Part shown: positions 41,897 through 56,193 of the stretch, in pieces
How positions within the stretch are numbered: the first letter of the stretch is position 1
Layout: the number at the start of each line of letters is the position of its first letter
NCBI GenBank assembly: GCA_049615345.1
Contig: JBMZFJ010000003.1
Coordinates: forward strand, 22,859 to 86,858
Direction: 5' to 3'
Length of the DNA stretch: 64,000 nucleotides
DNA from: Porticoccaceae bacterium
GTDB taxonomy: Bacteria; Pseudomonadota; Gammaproteobacteria; Pseudomonadales; Porticoccaceae
The notes under the pieces: model-generated
What the model saw: only the letters and a program-made list of their open reading frames with translations
Told to the model about the DNA's origin: nothing
Database searches by the model: none
Position numbers and translations under genes: made by a program

Positions 41897-42838
41897 ATGA
41901 CGGCTGCTCCTCAGACTTTTCAGGAGCTTATTGCAACACTACAGGACTTTTGGGCTAAACAGGGCTGCGTTATTATGCAGCCACTCGATATGGAGGTAGG
42001 TGCGGGAACCTTTCATCCAGCAACTTTTCTGCGCTCGATTGGGCCTGAAGTATGGAATTGCGCCTATGTACAGCCATCGCGCCGCCCCACTGACGGGCGC
42101 TATGGCGAAAACCCTAATCGCCTGCAGCACTACTATCAATTTCAAGTAGCGCTTAAGCCATCACCGGAAAATATTCAGGAGCTTTATTTAGACTCTTTGC
42201 GTCATCTAGGTGTAGACACCGCTATTCACGACGTTAGGTTTGTTGAAGATAACTGGGAATCGCCCACGCTTGGCGCTTGGGGTCTCGGCTGGGAAGTGTG
42301 GCTAAACGGCATGGAAGTCACGCAATTTACCTATTTTCAACAGGTAGGCGGCCTGGAGTGCTACCCAGTGACCGGTGAAATTACTTACGGCCTTGAGCGC
42401 ATTGCCATGTATCTGCAAGGTGTTGATAGTATTTATGACCTAGTATGGTCAAAAGGACCAGCGGGCACTGTGACCTATGGTGATGTTTTTTTGCAAAATG
42501 AGCGCGAATTGTCTGCGTTTAACTTTGAACATGCAGACACCGACTTCTTATTTAATGCCTTTGATCAATACGAAAAAGACGGCGAGCACCTTATCGAGCA
42601 GAAGCTACCTTTACCCGCCTATGAAATGGTAATGAAAGCATCCCATACCTTTAATTTATTAGACGCTCGTAAAGCGATTTCGGTGACTGAGCGCCAACGC
42701 TATATCTTGCGTGTGCGAACACTGGCTCGCGGCGTTGCGCAGAGCTATTTTAATTCTCGACTTGAGGCCGGCTTCCCGCTCGCGGATAAGGCAATTGCTC
42801 AAGAAGTGATAGCCAAACACCAAGGAGAATCATCATGA
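41897..42838 (+). CDS. glyQ: Glycine--tRNA ligase alpha subunit
   Basis: [24 protein letters not shown]; likely start ATG 41897 (track 41858). Confidence 0.97.
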   Translation: MTAAPQTFQELIATLQDFWAKQGCVIMQPLDMEVGAGTFHPATFLRSIGPEVWNCAYVQPSRRPTDGRYGENPNRLQHYYQFQVALKPSPENIQELYLDSLRHLGVDTAIHDVRFVEDNWESPTLGAWGLGWEVWLNGMEVTQFTYFQQVGGLECYPVTGEITYGLERIAMYLQGVDSIYDLVWSKGPAGTVTYGDVFLQNERELSAFNFEHADTDFLFNAFDQYEKDGEHLIEQKLPLPAYEMVMKASHTFNLLDARKAISVTERQRYILRVRTLARGVAQSYFNSRLEAGFPLADKAIAQEVIAKHQGESS

Positions 42839-44928
42839 GTGCTGATTTTCTGATTGAGCTCGGCACCGAAGAGTTGCCGCCTAAAGCATTGAAGTCTCTT
42901 TCCACAGCTTTTACCGAAGGCGTTGTTAGTGGATTGAGCGACCAGGGCCTCAATTTTGAGACTACAGAAGCATTTGCGGCACCAAGACGTTTAGCCATCG
43001 TTATTAAGGGGCTACAGACTCAGACGCCAGACAAAGATCTGGTGATTTGGGGCCCACCGACCAAAGTCGCTTTCGCGGATGACGGTACTGCTTCACAAGC
43101 AGCTGAAGCCTTTGCTAGTAAAAATGGTGTCACTGTTGATCAACTATCGTCTTTGGTTGAAAACGATGGTCAACAAGACAAGCTATGTATAAGACGCACT
43201 GAAAAAGGTATCGAAACCAAAACCCTGCTGGGCAACATCATCAATGATTCTTTGGCCAAGCTGCCAATCCCCAAGCGCATGCGTTGGGGTTATAAAAGAG
43301 AAGAGTTTGTGCGTCCAGCACAATGGGCTGTTCTGCTATTTAACAACGAAGTGCTCAATGACCCTATTCTGGGGATTGCCGCAAGTAATACCAGTCGCGG
43401 GCACAGATTTCATGCTAATCATGAAATCGTTATCGAATCACCGAGTAGTTATCGACAACAGATGCGCGATGCCTTTGTTATTGCCGACTTTAATGAGCGA
43501 AAAGATATTATTAGACAGGGTGTTGCTAAGCTTGCCCAGGATATTAACGGCACCGCTGTCGTTGAGGACGATCTGCTCGATGAAGTAACAGCACTTAATG
43601 AGTGGCCGGTGCCGCTTATGGGTAAGTTCGACTCACATTTTTTATCGATTCCTGCCCAAGCACTCGTTTCATCAATGAAGGAGCATCAAAAGTACTTTCA
43701 TGTGCTAGATGCCAACAAGCAACTATTGCCGGCGTTTATTACTGTGGCTAATATCGAAAGTACTGATCCAGCACAAGTTGTTGATGGCAATGAGCGCGTG
43801 ATTCGTCCGCGCCTAGCAGATGCCGCTTTCTTCTACGAAAATGATCAAAAAACTAGCCTTGAAAGTCGCCGTGACTCACTCAAAAATATCGTCTTTCAAG
43901 CTGATCTAGGTTCTGTTTTTGACAAAACCGAGCGAGTGGCCGCCATTGCTGAGTATCTAGCGAATGAAATAGGTGCGCTACCCAAGCTAGCCCGCCGAGC
44001 CGCTGAATTAAGTAAATCTGATCTAGTCACCGATATGGTAGGCGAGTTTGACGACCTGCAGGGCGTTATGGGACGTGACTACGCTCTAAACGACAATGAA
44101 GACTCAGAGGTTGCTGAAGCCTTATTTGAACAGTATCTACCGCGTTTTTCTGGTGATATTGTCCCCAATACAGATACTGGTGCAGCCTTGGCCCTGGCAG
44201 ACCGTCTAGATAGCCTGATAGGTATTTTCAGTATCGGACAACAGCCTTCAGGTTCACGCGACCCCTTCGCTTTAAGGCGCGCCAGTCTCGGCGTGTTGCG
44301 CATTATGCTGGAGCACAAAATCGACCTTAACTTAGTTGATGTTCTAAGCTATTGTAATACCCAACTAAACATAGGTAAGCGGGCAAAATTGTCTGGAATT
44401 GATCTTGAAAAGCAAGTGCTCACTTACACTCTAGACCGCTTTAAATCATGGTATAAAGAAAAAGGATTGCCAGCAGAGGTGTTTTTATCTGTTGCTGCCC
44501 TCAACCTCGGTAACCCTTTGGATATTGATGCTCGCGTCTCGGCTGTGCACAGGTTTACACTACTCCCTGAGGCCTCATCCTTAGCTGCTGCCAACAAGCG
44601 CGTTTCAAATATTTTGACGAAGCAATTGGCTAATTCAGATGTGGTTGCGCTTAATACAGGTCTACTGCAAGAAAATGCAGAAAGGCAACTTTATGATAGC
44701 CTTAACAGCCAAGAAACGCTGATTGCACCCCTTTTGGCTAACAGAGACTATTACGCTGTGCTGGAAAAGCTGGCTCAGCTTAAACAGCCAGTTGACCAGT
44801 TCTTTGAAGATGTCATGGTTATGGCAGAGGATATAGAATTGCGTCAAAACAGATTGGCACTATTAGATAAGTTGCACAAACTATTTATCAATGTGGCCGA
44901 TATATCATTACTGGTGCCGGCAAAATAA
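42835..44928 (+). CDS. glyS: Glycine--tRNA ligase beta subunit
   Basis: [26 protein letters not shown]. Confidence 0.97.
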   Translation: MSADFLIELGTEELPPKALKSLSTAFTEGVVSGLSDQGLNFETTEAFAAPRRLAIVIKGLQTQTPDKDLVIWGPPTKVAFADDGTASQAAEAFASKNGVTVDQLSSLVENDGQQDKLCIRRTEKGIETKTLLGNIINDSLAKLPIPKRMRWGYKREEFVRPAQWAVLLFNNEVLNDPILGIAASNTSRGHRFHANHEIVIESPSSYRQQMRDAFVIADFNERKDIIRQGVAKLAQDINGTAVVEDDLLDEVTALNEWPVPLMGKFDSHFLSIPAQALVSSMKEHQKYFHVLDANKQLLPAFITVANIESTDPAQVVDGNERVIRPRLADAAFFYENDQKTSLESRRDSLKNIVFQADLGSVFDKTERVAAIAEYLANEIGALPKLARRAAELSKSDLVTDMVGEFDDLQGVMGRDYALNDNEDSEVAEALFEQYLPRFSGDIVPNTDTGAALALADRLDSLIGIFSIGQQPSGSRDPFALRRASLGVLRIMLEHKIDLNLVDVLSYCNTQLNIGKRAKLSGIDLEKQVLTYTLDRFKSWYKEKGLPAEVFLSVAALNLGNPLDIDARVSAVHRFTLLPEASSLAAANKRVSNILTKQLANSDVVALNTGLLQENAERQLYDSLNSQETLIAPLLANRDYYAVLEKLAQLKQPVDQFFEDVMVMAEDIELRQNRLALLDKLHKLFINVADISLLVPAK

Positions 44929-44951
44929 TGGGGAGCTAAGCGTACAGCCTA

Positions 44952-45659
44952 ATGAAATGCCTGCTAGCCATTTTTAGAGCCGCCTTGTTTTATGTAGGAT
45001 TTGTCGCGCTTACAGTCTCTGCAAGCATTATTACCTGTCTGTTATTCTTTCTGCCCTTTAAACTGCTACAGAGAATTGCTACCACGGGAAATTACTTAGT
45101 CATGCAGTGGCTTAGGCTAACCTGCAATATCAAAATTGTAGTTTCAGGCACAGAAAACATTCCTTCTGGTGCCTGTGTCATTCTAAGCAACCATCAAAGC
45201 ACCTGGGAAGCCTTTTATATGCAGTGGTTTTTTCAGCCGGCCTGTTTTATTTTGAAACGCGAGCTTTTATGGATTCCATTTTTTGGCTGGGCACTCTTTT
45301 TAATGCGACCAATTGCTATAAAACGCTCCAGACCCGCTTCTGCCATTAGATATGTGATTAAAGAAGGCTCCAAGCGCTTATTAGCGGGCAATAGAGTCGT
45401 TATCTACCCTGAGGGAACAAGAATTACCAGTAGCCAGCTAGGAGAGTTTAAAACCAGCGGCGCTGCACTGGCCAAACAGGCTCAAGTTCCCGTGCTTCCA
45501 GTTGCTCACAACAGTGGCGAACACTGGAAACGCACTAGTTTTCTAAAAACGCCAGGAATTATTTATATGAAAATTGGGCCAGCGATCGATACTGAGCCCC
45601 ATTCAACTCGGGAAATAACTGAAAACGCCCGTGATTGGATTGCTAACCGTTTAAAATAG
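44952..45659 (+). CDS. plsC: 1-acyl-sn-glycerol-3-phosphate acyltransferase
   Basis: NHQSTWE (HX4D/E-type motif), YPEGTR. Confidence 0.88.
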   Translation: MKCLLAIFRAALFYVGFVALTVSASIITCLLFFLPFKLLQRIATTGNYLVMQWLRLTCNIKIVVSGTENIPSGACVILSNHQSTWEAFYMQWFFQPACFILKRELLWIPFFGWALFLMRPIAIKRSRPASAIRYVIKEGSKRLLAGNRVVIYPEGTRITSSQLGEFKTSGAALAKQAQVPVLPVAHNSGEHWKRTSFLKTPGIIYMKIGPAIDTEPHSTREITENARDWIANRLK

Positions 45660-45671
45660 CAATCTACCCTA

Positions 45672-45698
45672 CCCTTAGTTACTAATAATAACTAAGGG
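45672..45698. terminator. Hairpin between convergent plsC and gyrB
   Basis: CCCTTAGTTA-CTAATAA-TAACTAAGGG, perfect 10-bp stem. Confidence 0.6.
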
Positions 45699-45712
45699 AT
45701 AGAGTCAAAAGT

Positions 45713-48130
<2,418 letters not shown>

Positions 48131-48148
48131 CTATACAGTTCCTATTGT

Positions 48149-49234
48149 TCAACCTTTAGAAAATACACCATGTTCCACATGGAACATTTGGCTTAACTTT
48201 TCATCTATTCCATCAAAATCTTTTTTATCCACACCAGTAACAAAGTACTGACATTGCAAATGATCTAAATACGCTAACACATCTTTCCGATTTTCATAAT
48301 CCAACTCTGCAGGCAAGTCGTCAAGTAAAAATACACAACTAAGGCCTGTTGCAGACTGGTAATGTGCTGCTTGTGCCAGCTTCAAGGCATACACCAATAG
48401 CTTGGACTGCCCTCTCGACAGGCTATCTGCCGCGGCAACACCATCAACAAACACCTTTATATCTGCACGCTGCGCGCCATGAGAGGTAGTACCCGCAGCA
48501 ATATCCCTCTCTTTATCAGCCAGCAGCACATCAATAATAGAGCTGCCCTCCGGCCAGCCCTGGCTGTACTCTAAACTAACCGCGCCTAGGCCGCTAAAGG
48601 CGTCAACTACCGGACTTATAAATTTTTGCAGCTGTAAAATATACTCTTTACGCTGCTCAGCAATCATCTCATTTAGCGGCGCCAATTCCCGAGACCATAG
48701 CTTTAGTAATTCTTCGTCTATTCTACCATGACGAAGCAGTTGATTGCGCTGTTTTAATGCTTTTTGAAAGCGACGCCAAAGATCAGAATAACCATGTTCC
48801 ACGTGGAACACACCCCAGTCTATAAATTGACGCCTTTGCAATGGACCACCCTCTAGTAGCGAAAAGCTATGGGCGTCTACTAATTGAATAGGTAGCTCAG
48901 AAGCTAGTTGACCTGCTGAAGATAGATTTTGTCCGTCACAGCGGGCCTCAAAGCCGCCCTTAACGGAACGCATAACCCCTAACTGATGCTCGGTATTGGA
49001 GCTAGGTCTTGCAACCTTGCCAGACACAACCAAACTGTCTTGCCCCCTATTAACGACTAGGCGCAAATCGCGATGCTTGAAAGATCTTCCTCTACCGAGT
49101 AAAAAGATTGACTCTAACAGGCTAGTTTTACCACTGCCATTAGCCCCATAGATAATGTTGGCCTTGGGGTGGCAATCTACACTCACTGATACAAGATTGC
49201 GTACCTTAGAGATATCTATACTACTTAAAAACAC
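48149..49234 (-). CDS. recF: DNA replication/repair protein RecF
   Basis: GANGSGKT, RGRSF, LSRGQSK, LLDDLPAELD. Confidence 0.96.
   Translation of the reverse strand: MFLSSIDISKVRNLVSVSVDCHPKANIIYGANGSGKTSLLESIFLLGRGRSFKHRDLRLVVNRGQDSLVVSGKVARPSSNTEHQLGVMRSVKGGFEARCDGQNLSSAGQLASELPIQLVDAHSFSLLEGGPLQRRQFIDWGVFHVEHGYSDLWRRFQKALKQRNQLLRHGRIDEELLKLWSRELAPLNEMIAEQRKEYILQLQKFISPVVDAFSGLGAVSLEYSQGWPEGSSIIDVLLADKERDIAAGTTSHGAQRADIKVFVDGVAAADSLSRGQSKLLVYALKLAQAAHYQSATGLSCVFLLDDLPAELDYENRKDVLAYLDHLQCQYFVTGVDKKDFDGIDEKLSQMFHVEHGVFSKG
48171..48186. other. parS site (1 mismatch) inside recF
   Basis: TGTTCCACATGGAACA versus Pseudomonas-type TGTTCCACGTGGAACA. Confidence 0.85.
48795..48810. other. parS site (perfect) inside recF
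   Basis: TGTTCCACGTGGAACA palindrome; parAB present in the window. Confidence 0.92.
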
Positions 49235-49266
49235 TTACAGGGCCCAAGCAAGCCAGGTGCGCCACT

Positions 49267-50370
49267 CTAGAGGCGCATCGGCATAACAACATAGGTTGCC
49301 TTACTCTCTCCACTAGCGTCCTCAACCAGCGCGCTGCTATTGGAATCAGCCAGTGTAAAGCGTATTTCTGGGCACTTTAAGACATTCAGCACATCGAGCA
49401 GATAACTGACATTAAACCCTATTTCCAGTGTATCTCCAGAATAGGCCACGCTAACTTCTTCCTGTGCTTCCTCTTGTTCTGGGTTATTTGCCACCAGATG
49501 CATAGCACCATTCACCAGCTCAATTCTAACGCCGCGGTATTTTTCATTGGAAAGGATAGCTGTGCGACCAAACGCCTGCTTCAGCTGCTCTCGATCACCA
49601 ACAACTAACTTATCGCCTCCCTTGGGAACCACTCGATCATAATCTGGATAAGAACCATCAACCAGTTTAGACGTAAAGCAGTAATCTGCGCCAGTGACTC
49701 TAATATGGTTAGAGCCAATTGAAACTCTGACCTCATCATCAGCTAATAGCCGAGAAAGCTCTATAATGCCCTTGCGCGGCAATATAGCAGAGACCTTGGA
49801 ATCGTCTAGGGAAACATCGCAATGGCCGTCACACAGCGCTAGGCGATGGCCATCGGTGGCAACAACGCGCAACTGGTTGTGGGTTACCTCCCAAAGCATG
49901 CCGTTTAAATAATAACGAACATCCTGTTGTGCCATGGCAAATGCAGTGGACTCAATTAGCCCTCTTATCATGCTGCCTGGCACATTAAATTGAACCGTCT
50001 GCTCTCCCTGATCAACGCTAGGAAACTCGTTGGCTGGAAGTGTTGCCAGGGTAAAACGGCTGCGACCACTAACAATTTGAGCTTTTCCTTCACTGCTAGA
50101 AAAATCCACCTGCGCCCCATCGGGAAGAGAGCGACATATATCCAAAAATTTTCTCGCAGAAACAGTCACTTCGCCCGCCTCGGTAGAGGAAACCACCTCG
50201 GTTGAACCCTTTATTTCTACCTCGAGATCGGTACCAGTCATTGACAGCTGAGTGCCCTCAAGGCGCAACAACACATTAGAAAGAATAGGTAGTGTTTGCC
50301 TGCGCTCCACTACACCCACCACTAACTGCAAGGGGTTGAGAAGAGCTTCTCGAGAAAGGCTGAATTTCAT
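49267..50370 (-). CDS. dnaN: DNA polymerase III beta clamp
   Basis: QTLPILSN, QQDVRYYLNG, ATDGHRL, YVVMPMRL. Confidence 0.98.
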   Translation of the reverse strand: MKFSLSREALLNPLQLVVGVVERRQTLPILSNVLLRLEGTQLSMTGTDLEVEIKGSTEVVSSTEAGEVTVSARKFLDICRSLPDGAQVDFSSSEGKAQIVSGRSRFTLATLPANEFPSVDQGEQTVQFNVPGSMIRGLIESTAFAMAQQDVRYYLNGMLWEVTHNQLRVVATDGHRLALCDGHCDVSLDDSKVSAILPRKGIIELSRLLADDEVRVSIGSNHIRVTGADYCFTSKLVDGSYPDYDRVVPKGGDKLVVGDREQLKQAFGRTAILSNEKYRGVRIELVNGAMHLVANNPEQEEAQEEVSVAYSGDTLEIGFNVSYLLDVLNVLKCPEIRFTLADSNSSALVEDASGESKATYVVMPMRL

Positions 50371-50413
50371 GATGTTAATTCTCCGGAAATAAAATTTATT
50401 CTAATTGTAACGA

Positions 50414-51883
50414 TTAGGTTGAAAGGGTGCGGTAAAGATTCTTCAGATCGCGCTGAACTTCTCTATCTGCGCCCTCAAGTTCTTTAACTTTTCTACAGGC
50501 ATGCAAAACAGTCGTGTGATCGCGACCACCAAAGGCATCACCAATCTCAGGCAAACTGTGGTTTGTTAACTCTTTAGCAATAGACATAGCCACCTGTCGC
50601 GGTCTTGCCACAGAGCGACTGCGACGACGTGATAGCAAATCAGACATCTTCAATTGATAATAGTCTGCAACCACGCGCTGAATATTATCCACCGTTATCA
50701 ACTTATCTTGTAGGGCTAAAAGATCTTTGAGCGACTCTCTAATAAGGTCAATATCAATTGGGCGCCTAGTAAATTGAGCATGTGCCATTACGCGTTTAAG
50801 CGCGCCCTCAAGCTCGCGCACATTGGAGCGAATACGCTGGGCAATAAAGAAGGCCGCATCCTTGGATAAATGCACACCACTCTGCTCAGCTTTGTTGATA
50901 AGGATTGCCGCTCTAGTCTCGAGCTCCGGCGGCTCTACAGCAACCGTTAAACCCCAGCCAAAACGCGACTTAAGACGCTCCTCAACACCGTCAATTTCTT
51001 TCGGATAACGGTCACTGGTGAGAATCATCTGCTGACCGCCTTCTAATAAGGCGTTATAAGTATGGAAAAACTCTTCTTGTGAGCGCTCTTTACCAGAGAA
51101 AAACTGAATGTCATCAATCAGTAGCGCATCAACTGATCGGTAAAACCGCTTAAACTCGTCAATAGCCTTAAGTTGCAGCGCCTTTACCATATCAGCCACA
51201 AAGCGCTCGGAATGAAGGTAAACAATTTTAGCATCGGGCTTTTTAGCGCGTAGAGCATTACCCACAGCGTGCATCAAATGGGTCTTACCAAGACCTACAC
51301 CACCGTATATAAATAACGGATTGTATGAACCACCAGGGTTTTCAGCTACCTGCTGAGCCGCAGCAAACGCCAGTTGGTTTGATTTGCCTTCAACAAAACT
51401 ATCAAAGGTAAATTCATTATTAAGATTAGTTCTTAGGCTAGTTTCAGCCGCAGATCGGATGATAGCTGGCGCTTCAACTGGAGCAGCATCTATATTGCTT
51501 GGGTTTTGAATGATTGCAGGCGTTTCAGCGCTTGACGGTTCAGAACTTGAGGGGCTAGAAACAAATTCAGACTGTTGTTTGTACTGCGGAGCATTCGCAG
51601 GAGAAGCAGAAATGCCTAAAACCACGCCATTGCCACTAAGCTGATGAAACAACTCTTCGATACGATTAAGGAACTTACTCTTAACCCAGTCCTCAACAAA
51701 TCTATTGGGCGCCAACAATTCGATTACATCGTCATTAGACGGATCATTAAAGCGTTCGTTATCAGCATCAAAGTACTTAAGCTTCAGTGGACGAATCCAT
51801 GTATTGTATTGCTGTTCAGGCAATTCGTTTTGCAGTTGGCTTTGGCATTGTGACCAAACAATTTCGGGTGCTTCAAACCCCAT
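50414..51883 (-). CDS. dnaA: Chromosomal replication initiator
   Basis: [34 protein letters not shown]. Confidence 0.98.
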   Translation of the reverse strand: MGFEAPEIVWSQCQSQLQNELPEQQYNTWIRPLKLKYFDADNERFNDPSNDDVIELLAPNRFVEDWVKSKFLNRIEELFHQLSGNGVVLGISASPANAPQYKQQSEFVSSPSSSEPSSAETPAIIQNPSNIDAAPVEAPAIIRSAAETSLRTNLNNEFTFDSFVEGKSNQLAFAAAQQVAENPGGSYNPLFIYGGVGLGKTHLMHAVGNALRAKKPDAKIVYLHSERFVADMVKALQLKAIDEFKRFYRSVDALLIDDIQFFSGKERSQEEFFHTYNALLEGGQQMILTSDRYPKEIDGVEERLKSRFGWGLTVAVEPPELETRAAILINKAEQSGVHLSKDAAFFIAQRIRSNVRELEGALKRVMAHAQFTRRPIDIDLIRESLKDLLALQDKLITVDNIQRVVADYYQLKMSDLLSRRRSRSVARPRQVAMSIAKELTNHSLPEIGDAFGGRDHTTVLHACRKVKELEGADREVQRDLKNLYRTLST

Positions 51884-52257
51884 GATTTGTACCTTATAAG
51901 ACGTTAAAACTGGTTGCTAAAATATGATTTCCACAACAACCAAAATTTGGTTTAAGTGGTGAGCTTTTTTATCTCACTTTTTACAGAGTCTATACCCTGC
52001 AAAAAAAACTATCCACACCTCAAAAAACAGGGTAAAAAAACCATAAAAATAAATTACCATAAAAATCAACATGTTATATATTTTCAAGAAATTTATTATC
52101 AACAGCCGCAAAAAAAAATCTGGTCATATTTTGACCAATTATTGTGGATAACCTGTGAATATACGGTAAAAAACCCGTGGTTAACGAGAAATAATGCAAA
52201 TCTGTAGCAGAATTATTAAAGCTGACTAGCTTATGGTGACCAAAAACTTTTTGTTAG
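51884..52257. other. dnaA-proximal origin/regulatory region (DnaA boxes + IHF site)
   Basis: Boxes ATTTCCACA 51927, CTATCCACA 52009, TTATCAACA 52096, TGTGGATAA 52143 (perfect), TGTGAATAT 52154, CGTGGTTAA 52176; IHF-like AATCAACATGTTA 52064-52076. Confidence 0.8.
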
Positions 52258-53643
52258 TCACTTTCCAATACAGAATGATGAAAAGATAACGCCCAATAAA
52301 TCATCAGACGTAAATTCTCCTGTGATTTCAGATAGATAGCGCTGTGCCTCACGTAAATCCTCGGCCAGCAATTCACCGGCATTGGCAACCTCTAATTGTT
52401 CAATACCGTGACACACAAGATCGGTTGCCTTATTAATTGCACTAAGGTGACGGCGGCGAGCAGAAAAAACCCCCTCTGCCAGTTCTTTATAGCCTACCAC
52501 CCTAAGAATTAGCTGTTTTAGACTGGACAGGCCGGCGCCGGTTTTGGCTGAAACGGCAATTGACTTATCTGCTGATGAAAACGCGCAAGCGCTTTCTGGC
52601 ACAAGATCTAGCTTATTGAAGATACTGATAATATTGTGTTGTTTATCGGGAAATCGTTGAAAATACTCTGGCCACAGATCTTCAAGAGGCTCTTTATCCT
52701 GATTAGTCGCATCAACCACATAAAGTATGGCATCGGCCTTTTCAATTTCACCCCAAGCCCTTAAAACACCCTGCTGCTCTACTACATCCTCTGTCTCGCG
52801 CAACCCTGCAGTATCGACGATATTTAATGGCACACCGTCGAGATTAATCTTTTCTCTTAGGACATCTCTTGTGGTGCCCGCTATATCAGTAACAATAGCT
52901 GCATCTTGGCCGGCAAGCGCATTTAACAGGCTAGACTTGCCCGCATTGGGTTTTCCCGCCAAAACCAGGGTAATGCCCTCCCTCAATAAAGCGCCTTGCT
53001 CGGCGGTAGCTAAAAAAGCCTTTAAATCAGCGCGCAACATTGTAAGCTTATTTCGCAAGGCGGTGTCCGCCAGAAAATCGATCTCCTCTTCAGGGAAATC
53101 AATAGCCGCCTCAACAAATACGCGGATAGAAATCATTGTTTCAACAAAATCACGAATCTTGCTGGAAAACTCGCCCTGAAGTGACCGCATAGCTGACTTT
53201 GCCGCTTGAGTTGAGCTGGCATCAATAAGGTCTGCTACCGCTTCGGCTTGCGCTAAGTCGAGCTTATCATTTAAAAAAGCTCTCTCACTAAACTCACCCG
53301 GTCGAGCGAGCCGCGCACCCAGCTCAATACAACGGTTGACCAAACAATCTAAGACTACGGGTCCGCCATGGCCATGCAGCTCCAACACCTGTTCACCGGT
53401 AAAAGAGTTGGGGGCTGGGAATGACAAGACTAAACCCTGATCAATAACCGCGTCATCCGCATCATAGAACGAGGCATAGTGGGCCTGCCTCGGTTTAAGT
53501 ACTTTACCCGAGCTTAGAAGGCCATCAATATGGGCCGATAGATCAGCCCCTGAAAGGCGAACAACACCAACACCTCCTCGCCCTGGTGCGGTGGCAACAG
53601 CAACTATAGTATCTGTATTATTCTGTAAATTATCATATGTCAT
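52258..53643 (-). CDS. mnmE: tRNA modification GTPase MnmE
   Basis: [27 protein letters not shown]. Confidence 0.97.
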   Translation of the reverse strand: MTYDNLQNNTDTIVAVATAPGRGGVGVVRLSGADLSAHIDGLLSSGKVLKPRQAHYASFYDADDAVIDQGLVLSFPAPNSFTGEQVLELHGHGGPVVLDCLVNRCIELGARLARPGEFSERAFLNDKLDLAQAEAVADLIDASSTQAAKSAMRSLQGEFSSKIRDFVETMISIRVFVEAAIDFPEEEIDFLADTALRNKLTMLRADLKAFLATAEQGALLREGITLVLAGKPNAGKSSLLNALAGQDAAIVTDIAGTTRDVLREKINLDGVPLNIVDTAGLRETEDVVEQQGVLRAWGEIEKADAILYVVDATNQDKEPLEDLWPEYFQRFPDKQHNIISIFNKLDLVPESACAFSSADKSIAVSAKTGAGLSSLKQLILRVVGYKELAEGVFSARRRHLSAINKATDLVCHGIEQLEVANAGELLAEDLREAQRYLSEITGEFTSDDLLGVIFSSFCIGK

Positions 53644-53659
53644 AGGGATATTATGCCCG

Positions 53660-53686
53660 AAAAAAAAGCCTCCTAAGAGGCTTTTT
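53660..53686 (-). terminator. Terminator after yidC
   Basis: AAAAAGCCTC-CTAA-GAGGCTTTTT; U-tract on the minus strand. Confidence 0.8.
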
Positions 53687-53687
53687 A

Positions 53688-55346
53688 TTACTTCACGGCT
53701 GCAGCAATCTGTCGATTAACATACCACTGTTGCAAAATACTCAATAAATTATTAACCGTCCAATACAGCACCAAACCTGCCGGGAACATCATAAAGAAGA
53801 ACGTAAAAACAACTGGCATTAACTGAAATACTTTAGCTTGCATAGGATCGGTAGGTGCTGGCTGCAGTTTTTGCATCAAAAACATACTCGCACCCATAAT
53901 TAATGGAAGAATAAACAATGGATCTTTCGCAGAGAGATCCTGAATCCAAATAATCCAAGGTGAGTGACGAATTTCAACTGATTCAGATAACACCCAATAT
54001 AGAGCGATAAACACCGGCATCTGCAATAACATCGGGAAGCAGCCACCCAATGGATTAACCCGATGCTTCTTAAATAGCGCCATCTGTTCTTGACCCGCCT
54101 TTTGACGGTCATCGCCATACAATTCTTTGATTCTTGCCATCTCCGGCTGCAGTGTTCTCATTTTAGCCATCGATTTAAGGCTAGCCGCGGACAATGGATA
54201 AAGTAGTATTTTAATAAATATGGTTAGTATGATTATCGACCAACCCCAATTGCCCAAAAAGCCCTGAATTATCTGCAAGGCGGCAAAAATAGGCTTAGCT
54301 AACATCCATAAAAAGCCATAATCGATGGTTAGATCTAGATACTCAGATAACTCTTGAAGCACATCTTGATTCTTAGGCCCAACATAAAGATCGACCTTAT
54401 ATTCCCCTGTTTGACCGGGTGATACATTGATTTTCTCACCGGTTACTGCCATTAAATAAATATCATTGCCCTGAAGTTTTCGCAAAGAAAAACGGTTTTT
54501 ATCATCCTGAGGTGGAACCCAAGCACTCACAAAATAATGTTGAACAAACGCTAACCAGCCGCCCTGCAATGATGTTTTAACGGTCTTATCGTCGATATCA
54601 GAGAAATCATATTTCGAATAATTCTTATCTTGCTCGCGAATCGCTGCGCCCAAGAAGGGCTTCATCCCAGTTGAAGAATCGGTTTTAGGTTGATGGGAAT
54701 CTCGTCTAAACTGACCAAAAAACGTAGCAGACCAAGGCTCTGAAGAAAGGTTTCTAACAATATAGCGGATACCAATTTGATATTGCGCAGCCTTAAACTC
54801 AAAGCGTTTAATAATTTCGACGCCACCCTGATTGTAAACAAAGTCAACATCTAACCTTTGTTGACCATCGGCAAGCTCATAAGTGTTAGCTGTGGTTGAA
54901 AAAACAGGTCTTCCAGCAGCCGTGTCTGTGCCGTTAGCACCTATCAAACCACTTTCAGCAATAAATTCATTACCATTGGAGCGCGTAAAAATAGAGATAG
55001 GCTGACCACCTTCGTCCGCCATCTTATCTAAGTTTTGCAATAATTGAGTTTCAACAACATCGCCACCCAAGGTATCAATGGTTACCTTAATCACATCGGT
55101 AGTAATGGTGACGGTTTTTTGATTATCTACTAATAACTTCGTTTGCTGAGGCTGATCATCCACCAAAACAGGTAAAGTAGAACTGGAAGACGCTCTTTCA
55201 TTGTAGAGCTGCTCAACGGGCATCTGTGGCTGCTGATCTGCAACAGGTAAGCTGTCAAACTGAGCTTCAAAACCACTCCATCGCACGACAAGCATCCAAA
55301 CAACAACACCAATTGCGGCTAAAATTACGTTTTTTTGCCAGTTCAT
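53688..55346 (-). CDS. yidC: Membrane protein insertase YidC
   Basis: [32 protein letters not shown]. Confidence 0.97.
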   Translation of the reverse strand: MNWQKNVILAAIGVVVWMLVVRWSGFEAQFDSLPVADQQPQMPVEQLYNERASSSSTLPVLVDDQPQQTKLLVDNQKTVTITTDVIKVTIDTLGGDVVETQLLQNLDKMADEGGQPISIFTRSNGNEFIAESGLIGANGTDTAAGRPVFSTTANTYELADGQQRLDVDFVYNQGGVEIIKRFEFKAAQYQIGIRYIVRNLSSEPWSATFFGQFRRDSHQPKTDSSTGMKPFLGAAIREQDKNYSKYDFSDIDDKTVKTSLQGGWLAFVQHYFVSAWVPPQDDKNRFSLRKLQGNDIYLMAVTGEKINVSPGQTGEYKVDLYVGPKNQDVLQELSEYLDLTIDYGFLWMLAKPIFAALQIIQGFLGNWGWSIIILTIFIKILLYPLSAASLKSMAKMRTLQPEMARIKELYGDDRQKAGQEQMALFKKHRVNPLGGCFPMLLQMPVFIALYWVLSESVEIRHSPWIIWIQDLSAKDPLFILPLIMGASMFLMQKLQPAPTDPMQAKVFQLMPVVFTFFFMMFPAGLVLYWTVNNLLSILQQWYVNRQIAAAVK

Positions 55347-55350
55347 ACTT

Positions 55351-55602
55351 TTATCTCTCAGTTTTATCTATAGTCAATGGTTTTTCTTGCTTTGAAGGTA
55401 CAGGATCATGCCCACCTTCATGTAAAGGGTGGCATTTTATAATTCTTCGCACAGAAAGATAACCCCCCTTTAATACACCGTACTCACTAATTGCCTCGAT
55501 TGCATAATGAGAGCAGGTAGGGTGGAATCTACAACTTGGCCCTAGAAGTGGACTTATAAGGTATTGATAAGCCTTAATAAGGCCAATAAACAGGCTACGC
55601 AC
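55351..55602 (-). CDS. yidD: Membrane protein insertion efficiency factor
   Basis: [33 protein letters not shown]. Confidence 0.94.
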   Translation of the reverse strand: MRSLFIGLIKAYQYLISPLLGPSCRFHPTCSHYAIEAISEYGVLKGGYLSVRRIIKCHPLHEGGHDPVPSKQEKPLTIDKTER

Positions 55603-55978
55603 CCTGCCGGTCCAGCATCTTACATCGCGAGTCTAGCTTTGCCCACGACTTTTCAATAATAGCTGTAAGCTTTTGGGTAGAAAGCTTATCAGCTCCCTGT
55701 CGCGCCAAAAAAACAACATCTAAAGAACCTTGAAATTGTTTTTTTCTAAACGTTTCCCTCGCAACACGCTTAATACGATTGCGCTGGACAGCTGTAGGAA
55801 TATTTTTCTTAGCAACAACCAAACCCAACCGAGATAGACAACCATCAGTGGGTTTGGCGAGTAACAGAAGGGAAGAATTTGCGACCTTCACGCTGTTGTG
55901 ATCAAACACCTGCTTATAATCAGAGGCATTTAATAGGCGCTGAGTCTTTTTAAACGAGAATATGGGCACTGGGCCCAA
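55595..55978 (-). CDS. rnpA: Ribonuclease P protein component
   Basis: [19 protein letters not shown]; start may be GTG 55969. Confidence 0.93.
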   Translation of the reverse strand: MGPVPIFSFKKTQRLLNASDYKQVFDHNSVKVANSSLLLLAKPTDGCLSRLGLVVAKKNIPTAVQRNRIKRVARETFRKKQFQGSLDVVFLARQGADKLSTQKLTAIIEKSWAKLDSRCKMLDRQGA

Positions 55979-55982
55979 TGCC

Positions 55983-56117
55983 TCAAGCAGCTAGACGCTT
56001 ACGACCCTTAGCACGACGACGGTTAATAACCGCGCGTCCACCGCGAGTAGCCATACGTGATCTGAAGCCGTGAGTGCGCTTACGCTTTAAATTACTGGGT
56101 TGAAATGTTCTTTTCAT
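55983..56117 (-). CDS. rpmH: 50S ribosomal protein L34 (missing from ORF track)
   Basis: Hand translation: [44 protein letters not shown]. Confidence 0.98.
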   Translation of the reverse strand: MKRTFQPSNLKRKRTHGFRSRMATRGGRAVINRRRAKGRKRLAA

Positions 56118-56156
56118 TGCCTAAAAATCCAAATAGGTTCGTGTACATGTTTCCGA

Positions 56157-56193
56157 GCCGCGCGATTCTAAAGAAATTACCGACGTATATCAA
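56157..56193 (-). promoter_or_regulatory. rpmH sigma70 promoter
   Basis: TTGATA (56193-56188), N17, TAGAAT (56170-56165), GC-rich discriminator CGCGCGGC. Confidence 0.75.

Noticed and set aside
52040-52066. Direct repeat ACCATAAAAAT x2 near the IHF site
   Set aside because: Only two copies in an A-rich region; cannot be distinguished from chance or slippage.
51956-52207. 83-aa ORF in the track upstream of dnaA
   Set aside because: Low-complexity K/N/Q translation of A-tracts and DnaA boxes; antisense to the dnaA promoter region.
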